Origin: Mytilus californianus
Lineage: Eukaryota
Direction: 5' to 3'
NCBI RefSeq assembly: GCF_021869535.1
Contig: NW_026262712.1
Location: forward strand, 49,662,001-49,726,000
DNA: 64,000 nucleotides
The notes beneath the pieces are model-generated. The model was not told the DNA's origin. It did no database searches and was given only the letters and a program-made list of their open reading frames with translations. The position numbers and the translations under genes are program-made. Shown here in pieces: positions 1 through 12,351 of this stretch (its first letter is position 1; the number at the start of each line of letters is the position of its first letter).

Positions 1-2474
1 AGCCAGAGCTTAAAAGTGTTTCATCACTCAAAAAGTTTACTATGTATATTTCTTATTGAAACACTTTTTTTATTATTCTAAAATATAATTTCTTGTCTGA
101 TTTGAATGAAATTTTAACCCTTAAATACAGTATTGAAATATTTGCATGATTTATATATGTGTACAGAATTTTGCAGGAAAAAGTTATATATATACTATGT
201 TTAAATAAAGAGGAAACAATGTTCAACACTTCATATCAATACATGTGTATTAGTATTTGAAAATGATTTTTTTTCTCAGTAATGAGGTGTCATAAAAATA
301 TATGATGATAACCATAAAAAACCTGTACATTTATGAGTGTATATACAAAATGGTTTAACAGGAAAAAAATCTTCAAAATTGGACCTCCAATAAGTCTTTA
401 ACAATTAAAAATATATTGCATAAGGAATTTTTATGTGGTGAAACACTTTTGACTTCTGACTGTAGCTTAAAAATTCCAAAAGTTATTGTTATTTATTTTA
501 TTTATCTTCTGTGTCCAATCGAGGGTTTAAACATTTTAATACTATGATCCCTTTATTTGGGTTAAAATTTTTGTGGGAAAAGGGAGGTTACTGTGATGTA
601 AACATTACAGTTGTCTCCCTTTGCAAGTCAACCTTGACATTGATTCGGGGAAACCATTTGAGCTGCAAAGTTATCAAGATTTAAAAAGTTAAAGAAACAA
701 AGAAATCATAGAATTGCATGACCCCTTGAGTAAGTCAGATTTCTAAATATTCAAAAAGTCAGTTGGTATGTATGATGAGCTGAAAATTTGTGTTAAATCA
801 ATGGATAAACAGATTTTGTAAGAAAATCTAACCGAACTCTCTGAACCTCTGCCACTCCGTGCTCGTTTATATATACATTTCCATTCAGAATAAAATATAT
901 CATGTTTCATCTTGTGTAAAGAGAAATTCTCCATGTACACACATACTTCTAGATTTCATATTGGTGAAAACATTCGTATTATTTTGTACAACTACAACTT
1001 TTTTTGTCAGACATGTCAACCTGTCAAATGGTTAATTAAGTTCCTCAAATTTATAATTGTCCCTTAAATGAGTGATATTGTTGTGCTAATAATAAGAAAT
1101 CTTGAGTTTATTCTATTTATTAAAACTAACACATACAGGATATTGATTTGATGGGATCCATTTGCTGAATACCTTGAGGCAAGTAAGACATGGATTTTAA
1201 AGCTATACACATAGATTCTTAGTCGTAATCATGTGAATGATCCTGTGAAATAAGTGAATCTGTACAGTACTTCCAAATGATCGTTATAGGGATCTGATCT
1301 CAATTTTCTTCCAACAGTCACACAATTAGTCAAAATAAGGGTAGACGAGATTAACAAAGCATTGTCTGCATGCGTTATCAACATACATTCAATGTGTCAC
1401 TACACCTTAAAATTGCAACAGGATGCCGGGTCAAAACAGAATAGTGGTAGAATATTTTAGGTGAAAATCTGTTATTATAATTCTCATTCTATTCAGTTCA
1501 AAGATTTTATTGATTAAATGGTATATATATATATACATTTACTATTTAAACAAAGTGATTGAAAAATTACATGATGGATAGAATAATGTTTGGTTTATAG
1601 TGTAATAAGTATCAATTTGCAATACAGTTGACTAGTGTATGCAATTTCCACTGAAATTAATATTACAGGTGATTTAAACTAAATCAGAGTGAAATTAAAA
1701 TCTTCTTAAAATCAATTCCATTTGCTTAATTGTCCTCCATAATGCAGCACATGTATGCAACCTCCATGTTGTTGAAACAGTCACTATCTTGAAATTACCC
1801 TTTTTGATAAAAAAAAAAACAATGTTTATTTTAATTCCCCAAATTAAAAAGTTTTCATGCAAAGCTATATATTAAATTTATCATTTAAAAAAATATATTG
1901 GACCATCAAAATTATGTTTGCATTCTTCCTTAATTGCTTTGGCAAATATGTTGTCAATGTAAATTACCTACCCAGTCTTACAGGAACCTCAATACTTTCG
2001 ATAGCATACAGTTTGTTTATTAGGTTTGAATTAGGATTAATATTAGTCAGTTATTATCATACCTCAGTATGTATTTTCTTTATAAAATTTTAGACGAATA
2101 TATTCACTATTTTTCTGAAATTGTCTGAAAAAGACTATTAACCGTTCAAAAACTATTAACTGGTTAATAGGCTTTTTATAGGAAATTTTCCCGTATTTTT
2201 TGCATCCTTTGAATGGACTCAACTCCCAAAACTTAGGAATGATTGTGTATAATGCAACTGTGCTATTTGCTCAGTCAAAATATTATGACGTCAATACAGA
2301 ATATAATTTCGTGGAATTATTTACGTAGTGCACTTTAATTAAAAAAATTATGGGTTACTCAACATTTCACTTGGAACAGTTGTAAGAGTAACAGTACTAA
2401 GAGAATAACTACTAGTATACATTGTATACCAGTTTCTTTCTGTATAATAAAACACTTATTTACTGGCTAGTCGA

Positions 2475-2574
2475 ACAATAGCAAGTTTATTGTCCCCCAC
2501 GACAGCAACTATTTACCTCCGCTTCTCGTCAGGAAATAGTTGATGCCTCTGGGAACAATAAACTTCCTAGTTGT
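2475..2574. repeat. Degenerate palindrome (about 44-bp arms), likely a relic of a palindromic non-autonomous element
   Basis: acaatagcaagtttattgtcccccacgacagcaactatttacct pairs imperfectly with aggaaatagttgatgcctctgggaacaataaacttcctagttgt around a GC-rich core. Confidence 0.65.
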
Positions 2575-3004
2575 GAGAATGGCTGCATGATTATGAAGGT
2601 ATTTCAGGATATAAAAAATAAGATATGATTCTTAAAATAGAAGAAAGCCCCCTCCCCCCCCCCCCTCCCAAAAAAAAAAAAAAATAAGTGATTGGTGAAA
2701 AGAAAACCAATATTTTAACATGTTTAGGAAAGATGCCCTCATTAGTGTATACATTTTTTTTTTGCTATAGTAATAATACATTTACATTAATTATGTTGTA
2801 GTGACATGATTGAAGATAATATATATATTTACACCCGGTCCGGTTTCAGTTAATTGTTTGCAAGAAGTTTAAATGTACAAAAACACTTTTAAACCGAAAG
2901 AAATAAATGATTTAAAAATCAGGAAATTTAGCCTGATTGCAAAGGAGAAATGTATAGGAAGCTATATATCAAGCTACATATTAGCATGTTGTACTCTATA
3001 AATA

Positions 3005-3372
3005 CAAGCAGATCTGGTATGATGCAAATGAGATAACTCTCCACCGGATACCTCCTTCACAATGAACAAAACCCATACTGCATAGCAAGCTATAAAACGC
3101 CCAAAAATGACAAATGTAAAAAAGTTCAAAAGAGAAAACTAACAGCTTGATTTATGTACAAAACAATAAATGAAAAACAAATATAATATATATACAGTAA
3201 CAAACAAAAACCACTGAATTGCATGCTCCTGACTTGGGACAGACACATACAGAGTGTGGCGGGGTCAAACATGTTAGTGGGCAAAAACGACAACCACTCA
3301 AAATCATACTCCTGACTTGGGACAGGCAAAATCATGCTCCTGACTTGGGACATGAACATAAAGAATGTGGTG
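3005..3372 (+). mobile_element. Common mussel-type non-autonomous interspersed repeat (MITE-like), with local duplication of ctcctgacttgggaca
   Basis: Homologous to 33128-33310 (agatgt.gtatgattgccaat...gctataaaa) and partly to 43850-43925. Family recognised from memory only. Confidence 0.6.
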
Positions 3373-3526
3373 TTCTCTTTTTATATCGATTGATCCTCAA
3401 CTTTCTGTTTACTGAATATCCATTAATGTATTCTTGCACATAATGACCATGTATGAAATTCATCACATTTTACTCAGTAATACGTATCAGAGTTTCCTGA
3501 AATTTGTGTGGCTATATGGTTTATTC

Positions 3527-3753
3527 GATTGTAGGACAGAAAGTCATAGGGCAAAAAAGTCACAGACAAAAAGTCAAGGACAAAAAGTTACAGGACAAAA
3601 AGTCACAATTCAGTTTTAAGATAATTTTTCTTTGAATAAGAAAATACTTATCTAAAAAAACATTTTTAAATTTTAAAGAACTTTTGTATTTATAATTTAA
3701 AGCAATTTTGTTAACAAAATATATTCTAAAAAAAAACTTTCTGTCCTCTTACC
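3527..3753 (+). mobile_element. Short MULE-like derivative sharing the ggacaaaaagtcacag-repeat terminus with the 5198-8503 element
   Basis: The first about 130 bp align with 5198 onward; right-end-like ctttctgtcctcttacc at 3737-3753; no TSD found. Confidence 0.5.
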
Positions 3754-5360
3754 GATTAAAACTATTAGATCTTGTATTTGTGTCATTTATAAATTTTTTA
3801 TATTGTAAAATATCAAATATATTTTTGTGAGAATATAAGTAAATATGCAAATTATTTGTTTGAAAAATTCTCTTATTTTTAGTACCATCAAAAGTAAAAA
3901 CAACTTTTGAAAAGGTTAATATAATAGGTAAATGTGCATATGTGCATATATGCAAAAGATCAATTTCAAGGACATGACAGAATTCCATATTTGTAAAAAA
4001 TACTTTCAACCAATATATATTCAATTATCGTGCAAATAAGTTATGTAATCATCAGATGTCGATGGTATATTGTTTATCTAAAGAAGAAGTGAATAAAGAC
4101 TTATGACACCTGTGTCATTTCTATTACTATTAAACGCACATGTGTTTCTCAGATGCTTCCTTTATACTTAACTTTTAAAAAATAAAAGAACTTTTTAAAA
4201 TAATCAATTGCTAAAATATAAAAGCTTTTATACAAATATTGTGTTTTTATTAAAAAAAAAAAATGATCCATCTTATCTTTGTATGGTTTCACAGGTAGCC
4301 TCCCTTTGAAGGCAATTGGCAATAAATCACAATTTTAAAGTTTCCTCAACATCAAAGACATTACTTAATTTTAACACCTGGGATTTAATTAAGTTGACAA
4401 GGAAGCTGTCAGTTATTATCTCCCCTTTGACAGGAATTTTTACCTGGTCCCCTGAGGTAGAATGTAACTTCAGTATTTACTTGTATAATAAAGTAATTAA
4501 GATATGACATGTTTGAGGAATAGGTTAACCTTAAAGTGTCACTGAAAGACAATTTATAATTTTAGGATTTTTGTAAAATTTTAAGTGATTTTTAAAGTGA
4601 ATTTTTCCATTATGCCAGTGAAAGTGGGTATAAAAGAAAGAGTAAGTTTTCAATTTATTAGTAAGAAAATGATATTAATCATATAAATAATCTCATGTGC
4701 ATGAAATAAATTAGTAAGCACATGGCAAGGCTAAATTGATGCACAATTTTAGTAAAGATGAAAGAAGGGAATAAATTAGAATTGTTAACCTGTATAAGAT
4801 ACCCCTATGTTGATGAGGGTGTTACCACTATTGATAACACAATATTATGGTAAATACAAAATGATAGATTTCTATTTTTAACACCTGCTAAAGGAGGAGT
4901 TCTTTCATCTATTTGACCTTATTTTTAGGAAAAACATAATAAATGCAATATATCCAATTACATTGGACGGCATCTTGGGGTAAATAATTTTGCTCAAGCC
5001 AGTCAAGTTGCTATTTTATTTATGGAAATTATTGTTATTTTTTAATTCAAAATTGTGTATTAGTACATTTAATTGATTTTTTTAAAGTAAACTCACTGAT
5101 GCATGCTTTACTGTAGAAAGCTATGCTTTGTCTTACATATATATGAATATTTTAAAAGCCTCCTGTTCTGCCCAGCAAACTATATGGTCACAAAATAGAA
5201 TGTAGGACAGAAAGTCACAGGACAAAAAGTCACAGTTCAGTTTTGAGATTATTTTTCTTTCAACAAGAAAAAACTAATTTAAAAAGAAATATTTTGGTTT
5301 TTTTTCTTAAACTATTATTTATAAAGCAACTCTGTAATTAAAATGTATGCAATAAGTATT

Positions 5361-5544
5361 AGATACAATACAAAGGTAACAAAGAAACAGGCCGGTAACA
5401 ACCGTTGCCAGATAGTTTTTCTGCACGAGTAGTCAGGTCAAGGTCCGAGGCGATAGCCGAGGACCTTGACCTGACTACAAGTGCAGAAAAACTATATGGC
5501 AGGTTGTTTCCGGCCTGTTTCTTTGTTATCTTTGTTTTGTATCT
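5361..5544. repeat. 184-nt near-perfect palindrome (86/84-nt arms, 14-nt core gaggcgatagccga)
   Basis: Arms 5361-5446 and 5461-5544 are reverse complements with about 7 mismatches and one 2-nt bulge. Confidence 0.9.
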
Positions 5545-6545
5545 GATTTGTACGACGTTTCAAGAAAGAAGCAGTACATTTTGCATTTAGAAGAGGTATC
5601 AAAACTAAACATTTTAGAAACTTAAACAGCCATATACCAGTTAATGTAAGTTACAGTTTAAACACATTTTTTTTTCACTTCCCTTCTGCCGAGAGTTTTT
5701 TTCTCAAAAAATTCAAGAATCTAATAATTTTATAAAAAAGAACCATTTCAAGTAAAAGATGAATGTTGTACACATTAATAAATTTTGAGACTTTTTAAAA
5801 TGCAACTTCGCAAGTAAGTAATGTATTAATAAGATTTCAGAGGTAAACAAGCTAACATTTGATTTTTATTGGGGAAAAAACGGAAAAGGGGGGGGGGGTT
5901 AAAATAAATTTAGAATAAACAGGCTTGATCCTTTTTTTATTGAAAAAATGCAGGATGTCCCATTCCATCCCCCCATCCCCCCTTTAAAAAATCGTAAAAA
6001 TCGTACGTTTGCTGCCAAATATATGAATTCAATACATACGAATTCAACTTATATATGAATTCAATAACAATATAAATGTATCAAAAGAATGAATTTCCTA
6101 TTTCATTATATTTAGTGAATGAAATGTTATGAAAAAATGGATAGAGTCTTGTTATTAGATATATGTAGGCATATATTTTGGATTTTTTTTTAAAATTTCA
6201 TGCTTATAGGTTTTTATATGTCTCTAATAGTGTTGATCAGGATTAAACACGTGTTACTATATGATCCAATCGCAGCTCACCGTCCAAAATTTATGACATA
6301 AGTTGAATGATTTTTTTTCAAGATTTGCTGCCTATTTGAACATGTATTACACGGACACTTTTTATCTATAGGATCAATCGTGCATTGATGAGTTGATAAG
6401 GATTTTATCTTTTGATAAGATTTGATTTTTATATATATATTTCCTGTCTTTTTTATTGAAATATAAACGTCGGTATCATCATTTCTTTACTTTCAGCATT
6501 GTCCAGAATACTATTCATGTCCATATAGTGAAAACAAATACATTT

Positions 6546-7876
6546 ACGGACCGACCATTTAGCTTCAAAAGGGGGATATGTTCTTTTCTGAGTAAGAAAA
6601 TTATTTAGTTTTTCAACGCTATCACCCAAATATTTTTTTTTTCGAAATTAGCACTATTATATACGGTATTCGGAAAATCAGGAATCAAAACATTATTTTG
6701 TCATCTGCTTGACCACAATACATTTTTGTCGAGCCTTCGACTTTTGTCGAAAAAGCGAGACATAGCGATCCTACATTCCGTCGGCGTCGTCGTCGGCGGC
6801 GTCCACAAATATTCACTCTGTGGTTAAAGTTTTTGAAATTTTAATAACTTTCTTAAACTATCCTGGATTTCTACCAAACTTGGACAGAAGCTTGTTTATG
6901 ATCATAAGATAATATTCAAAAGTAAATTTTGTAAAAAAAAAATTCCAATTTTTCCGTATTTTACTTATAAATGGACTTAGTTTTTCTGCCAAGAAACATA
7001 ACATTCACTCTGTGGTTAAAGTTTTTGAAATTTTAATAACTTTCTTAAACTATCCTGGATTTCTACCAAACTTGGACAGAAGCTTGTTTATGATCATAAG
7101 ATAATATTCAAAAGTAAATTTTGTAAAAAAAAAAATTCCATTTTTTCTGTATTTTACTTATAAATGGACTTAGTTTTTCTGCCAAGAAACATTACATTCA
7201 CTCTGTGGTTAAAGTTTTTGAAATTTTAATAACTTTCTTAAACTATCCTGGATTTCTACCAAACTTGGAAAGAAGCTTGTTTATGATCAAAAGATAGTAT
7301 CCAGAAGTAAATTTTGTAAAAAAAAAATTCCATTTTTTCTGTATTTTACTTATAAATGGACTTAGTTTTTCTGCCATGAAACATTACATTCACTCTGTGG
7401 TTAAAGTTTTTGAAATTTTAATAACTTTCTTAAACTATCCTGGATTTCTACCAAACTTGGAAAGAACCTTGTTTATGATCAAAAGATAGTATCCAGAAGT
7501 AAATTTTATAAAAAAGTAAAAAATAAATTCCATTTTTTCCGTATTTTACTTGTAAATGGACTTAGTTTTTCTTCCAGTTAACATTACATACAGTCTGCAC
7601 TTTAAGTTTTTAAAACATTTATTAGATTGATAAACTATCCTGGATTTTTACCAAACTTGGACAGAAGCTACTTACAATCAAAAGATAGTATAGAGAGGAA
7701 TATTTTTATTAATTTTTTTCCTCATTTTTGTTGAGCCTGCGATTAACAGCAAAAGTAGGCGAGACACTGGGTTCCGCGGAACCCTTACGAATTTTTTCTC
7801 ATAAAATTGGGGATCAAAATATCTTTTTTAAGAAAAAACCATAACCCCCCTTTTGAAGTTAAATGGTCAACCCCTT
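6546..7876. mobile_element. MITE with TIR gaccattta(g/a)cttcaaaaggggg, interrupted by a HINE
   Basis: ccgaccatttagcttcaaaagggggatatg (about 6551-6580) is inverted relative to cataaccccccttttgaagttaaatggtcaacccc (about 7841-7874). Ends approximate. Confidence 0.65.
6723..7796 (+). mobile_element. Helentron-associated non-autonomous element (HINE/DINE-1-like), family A, 4 x ~192-bp units plus terminal variant
   Basis: T-run start; 5' hairpin tcgacttttgtcga; (CGT/CGG)n microsatellite; units start at 6811, 7003, 7196, 7388 and 7588 (terminal); 3' aggcgagaca plus perfect 16-bp palindrome GGGTTCCGCGGAACCC (7769-7784); T-run end; no TSD. Confidence 0.85.
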
Positions 7877-8944
7877 AGTGTACTGATATGAAAAGTAATT
7901 TACTGGAATTGTTTGAAAAAAAAATATTGATGCTAATGTAAATATTTTAATAAAAAAGACAGGAAATATGTCGGTGAAACAAAAACTTCAAATCTTATTG
8001 AAATTTAAAGTGCCCTTGAACTCACTGATCATGCACGAGTGATTCTATTCATAAAAAGTGTCCGTGTAACAACTAAAAAGTGTCCGTGTATCATCTAAAA
8101 AGTGTCTGTGTAACACCCGTTAATGTACTGTTTTTCTATAGCTCTGCTGGGGGCAAAGTCGTACAAATATTAATAATGATCAAATAATTGCTATGAAAAC
8201 AAAATGTCAAAGAGGCTTGATCCTTAAATGGCTTCTTGGTGCCAAGAAATATATCCTTTGCATGATTAAAATTTTATAAATTTTCATTTATCAAGGCTTA
8301 TGAACGATTTCCTAAACTTAAAAATGAATATATGTAATAAAAAAAATATATTTCAGGATCTTTCTCTTACATATTCAAACAATTGTCAACAAACTATTTG
8401 TGACTTTTTGTCCTGTGACTTTTTTTCCTATCAAATTTGTGACTTTATGTCCTGTGACTTTATGTCCTGTAACTTTTTGTCCTGTGACTTTCTGTCCATT
8501 TACCACAAAATATACCTTGTTTGTCCAAGACTACTTGCATCTAGCTTAGATGAGATCTAGAATCCATGGACTCTTCATTTCATCTAGGAAACACCACTTC
8601 TTAAATTATGATCTATAATATTAAACAAGTATATAATACACCTTTTGACAAGTAATTAAATTTGCGATATATGTATTTTGACAATCTATTTCAAGTATAA
8701 TATTTTGTACTCTTTGAGATTATTATTACGCATTGGAAGCTTTAGTCGATAAGATATATTTATAGCACTCAACCTTTTAATAGCCTAATATTGACCTGGT
8801 AGATCTAATGAATTGGCCAGTGATATTTACCTACTCGTGTATTAAAGGGTAAGATTACAAAATCCAAACAATTTTACAGTGGTGATAATGACTCCTTCTT
8901 TACCTGAATTATTTTTATTCACAAAATGTATCTGGATAATATCA

Positions 8945-9523
8945 TTTTTATAGGTCCGTTTACAGGACGTATTATGGAATACCGTGTCCGTTCGTCTGTC
9001 TGTCTGTTGTCAACATGACGTCAATGTCGGACATTAACTCAAAAACGCTTCAACCAATTTGTATAAAACTTTAGTGAATTGTTCATATCTATTGATGTGA
9101 GCTCCCTTTCGTTTTTTATAAAAATTTAGATTTTACATTTCTGAGTTATGGGGTTTTATTCATTAAAAAGGGGGGATTTTCCAGTTTTTGGACAATAACA
9201 CAAAAATGCTTTCAGCAGTTCTCATGAAACTTTGGAGAATCTATTGATGTGTAAGCTCCCCATCAGTTTTTATAAATTTTAGATTTTACACTTCCGAGTT
9301 ATGGGATTTTATTCATAAGAAAGGGGTGATTTTCTAGTTTTCAGACAATACCTTTAAAGTGCTTTGAGCAGTTTTCATTAAACTTTGGTGACTGGTTTAT
9401 ATTAAGTAAGATAACCTCCCTTTAGTTTTTCACAAATTTCTGATATGACATTGAGAAGTTATTGAACTTTATTTGTAAAAAATGCGACGGGCGTATCATG
9501 TGCTTATGGTGAAGCTGTTTATT
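8945..9523 (+). mobile_element. HINE family B with ~120-bp internal repeats
   Basis: 5' ttttataggtccgt...(gtct)n; units homologous to 41028-41730; 3' subTIR acgggcgtat at 9487-9496. Confidence 0.75.
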
Positions 9524-10534
9524 AATTTTGATTTTATGTCCTTAATGCTCTCCTTTTATTGTAGCATACAGTTGTATATCTTTTTTTTTTTGGTGTTTGT
9601 TCAATTCCTTTATTTCGTCCATTCAGAAAAAAAAGATTTGTGACATCATGCATGCCGTTTCAATAGTGAAGCGTCCTTTTTAAATGGTCACAAACTGAAA
9701 ATTATACTGACTGAGTCAGAAAAACAGACTCATTGAAATTTTAAAATGGATTTCAGGTCTCTCCAACCAAAACATGGTGTATCCCTGAAAAACGTTTTGA
9801 AATTTTGACTTTGGAGGATATTCTACAGATGTACAAAACATTGTTGAAATACATAATCTGTCAATGATTATTTCGGTTTAGAAATGTAAAGTACTGGTAT
9901 ATAATGTTCATGATATATTTCTTCATGACTTTGATGCAAAGAACTGTGCCAAACCTCCCCTGAAGCTGGTGTGTTTTCTTTCTTTCCACTGAAACAGATT
10001 AGTATAGAATTTTTTGTTGATCATTTATTTCTTCTCATCTGGAAATACCATTTCATATACAAATATCTTACAGTTATCAACTATAGCTGCCAAAAACCAC
10101 TTAATATGATATTTCGAGAACAAACAAATTATATTTTTACCTGAGTGCAGTAATCTATTGCTTTTGTCATGAAATAGATGAGAAATTACCCCCTCGTTAA
10201 CCCAGATTTCGTCCTTGTATATTTTTTTCTATCAATTATGCATTTATGATCAATTTCAATATGTATATTCAGAAAGATTGATGAAGCAGGTGAAATGTGC
10301 ATTTAAAATGTTCATTTCTGATGTAAATGAGAACAGCATACTGAAGCAGGTGAAAAGGTACAAAATTTATAAATATTTATTGTGCCCAATGTCATTTTTG
10401 GTGCTGAATAATTAAATTGAATATAAAAGTTAATTTAAATGATTTAAACATTTCTATTTCTTGACTTTTTCTAGTGAATACAAGACATAGAGGTCTTGAA
10501 TTGTTTTCTGATGAACAATTGGTTTACCATTACA

Positions 10535-10770
10535 TTAACACCACTTTCAGCACTGTTGGCTATTTCTAAACATTCAGTTTTATTGCTGGAGGTAGCCAAA
10601 GTGCCTTGAGAGAACCACAGACCTTTGGCATGAAAACTGACAAACCTTAAATCTACTTAGATTGGAGTCTAGCACACCTGTCACGTTGGGGGTTCAAACT
10701 CACAACCTCAGTGTTGAAGTTGACAGGCTAGTAATACAGTTAAACTACTTAAACCACTCGGCCACCAATC
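10535..10770 (-). mobile_element. tRNA-derived SINE (family 1)
   Basis: On the minus strand: A-box-like tggccgagtgg and B-box-like gagtttgaaccc; body homologous to 44274-44459 and 23510-23670. Confidence 0.75.
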
Positions 10771-11195
10771 CCCTCCCCCCACCCCACCCCCCCCCCCCCC
10801 CCCCCAAAAAAAAAAGTAAAGGAATAAAAGGAATAAGAAAACTAATTGTTGGTAGGGGGTATGTTGTGCCATAATCAAGATACATACATGTGCTTTCATT
10901 GATTGTACATGTATAAGTAATACAATGCCAATACACTTGCATAAATGGCAGGGAAATATGAAATTCTTTTTAAACTTATCTGCCAGTTTAATTCCAAGTT
11001 AACTAAACCAGACTCTGTCATAACCATGGTAACTACTTTGAAACATTTTCATTGCGATTAAGATTGATAGGCATATAAATCTGACCTGCTTCTTAAAGCC
11101 TGTATTCCTTTCGAATGGCATGATGCAAAAGAAGTAGCCATGACCAAAACTTGGATAACTACAGTAGTATAATTTGGTTATTATTTACTCCAAAA

Positions 11196-12240
11196 AGTCG
11201 CTATGTTGATCTCTTGGTAATGTACTCGCCTAAAAAGTGGGAGGTTCTTGGTCTGATCTCTGGCCAGGTCAAACCAAAGAAATAAAAAAAATTATTTGCT
11301 GCTTCCCTTTAGAAGCAAGAACACGCCAGCTCAGAATAAGAAAAATTCGTAAGGGTTCCGCGGAACCCAGTGTCTCGCCTACTTTTGCTGTTAATCGCAG
11401 ACTCAACAGAAATGAGAAAAAAAACTAATAAAAATATTCCTCTCTATACTATTTTTTGATTGTAAGTAGCTTCTGTCCAAGTTTGGTAAAAATTCAGGAT
11501 AGTTTATGAATCTAATAAATGTTTTAAAAACTTAAACTGCAGACTGTATGTAATGTTAACTGGAAGAAAAACTAAGTCCATTTATAAGTAAAATACGGAA
11601 AAAATGGAATTTATTTTTTACTTTTTTACAAAATTTACTTCTGGATACTATCTTTTGATCATAAACAAGGTTCTTTCCAAGTTTGGTAGAAATCCAGGAT
11701 AGTTTAAGAAAGTTATTAAAATTTCAAAAACTTTAACCACAGAGTGAATGTAATGTTTCCTGGCAGAAAAACTAAGTCCATTTATAAGTAAAATACAGAA
11801 AAAACGGAATTTTTTTTTTACAAAATTTACTTTTGAATATTATCTTATGATCATAAACAAGCTTCTGTCCAAGTTTGGTAGAAATCCAGGATAGTTTAAG
11901 AAAGTTATTAAAATTTCAAAAACTTTAACCACAGAGTGAATATTTGTGGACGCCGCCGACGACGACGACGACGACGACGCCGACGCCGACGGAATGTAGG
12001 ATCGCTATGTCTCGCTTTTTCGACAAAAGTCGAAGGCTCGACAATAATGTGTCTTGGTAAGATGACATGTCTTATTGAGGACTGAAATTACCCTATTAAG
12101 TATCCAGTTAAAAGACCTGGTGAGCTTGTCAGTTGAATGTACAGCCGGGTTTATAATCATATCAGAACGACATATTCTCATCATGATATGCATGTTATAT
12201 TTGTCACTGGTCTTGATCACCAATCCATGCATCTATCCAT
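11196..12240 (+). mobile_element. Degenerate tRNA-derived SINE (family 2), split by the HINE at 11341-12043
   Basis: ggtcaaaccaaaga...tttgctgcttc...tcagaataa on the left continues as taatgtgtc...gacatgtc...catgatat on the right. Family recalled from memory. Confidence 0.55.
11341..12043 (-). mobile_element. HINE family A, 2 x ~192-bp units plus terminal variant, inverted copy
   Basis: Reverse complement of the 6723-7796 architecture, including GGGTTCCGCGGAACCC and an expanded (GAC)n tract. Confidence 0.88.
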
Positions 12241-12351
12241 CCAAAGTTGCATTTAGTATTTTCTGAAGTATAAGTTTGTAAAGGAAAAATGTGGAATTAG
12301 ACTGCATAACTATTTTCAGAGATCATTCTTACTAATCAAGTGAGAATATAG

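Larger units (their letters stand above)
5198..8503. mobile_element. MULE-like non-autonomous DNA transposon with repetitive TIRs and 9-bp TSD, carrying nested insertions
   Basis: Left end gaatgtaggacagaaagtcacaggacaaaaagtcacag; right end (gtgactttttgtcct)n...gtgactttctgtccatttac; direct repeat cacaaaata at 5189-5197 and 8504-8512; G...C termini. A 9-bp TSD is typical of Mutator-like elements. No transposase ORF. Confidence 0.7.

Noticed and set aside
1139-1182. 44-nt exon-like segment (ctaac...cag| ... |gtaaga)
   Set aside because: Stops in all three frames; it could be non-coding, but nothing else supports it.
10662-10942. Overlapping poly-Pro / poly-Gly ORFs
   Set aside because: They come from a SINE head plus a C-run and A-run; similar C-runs occur at about 2608 and 40583.
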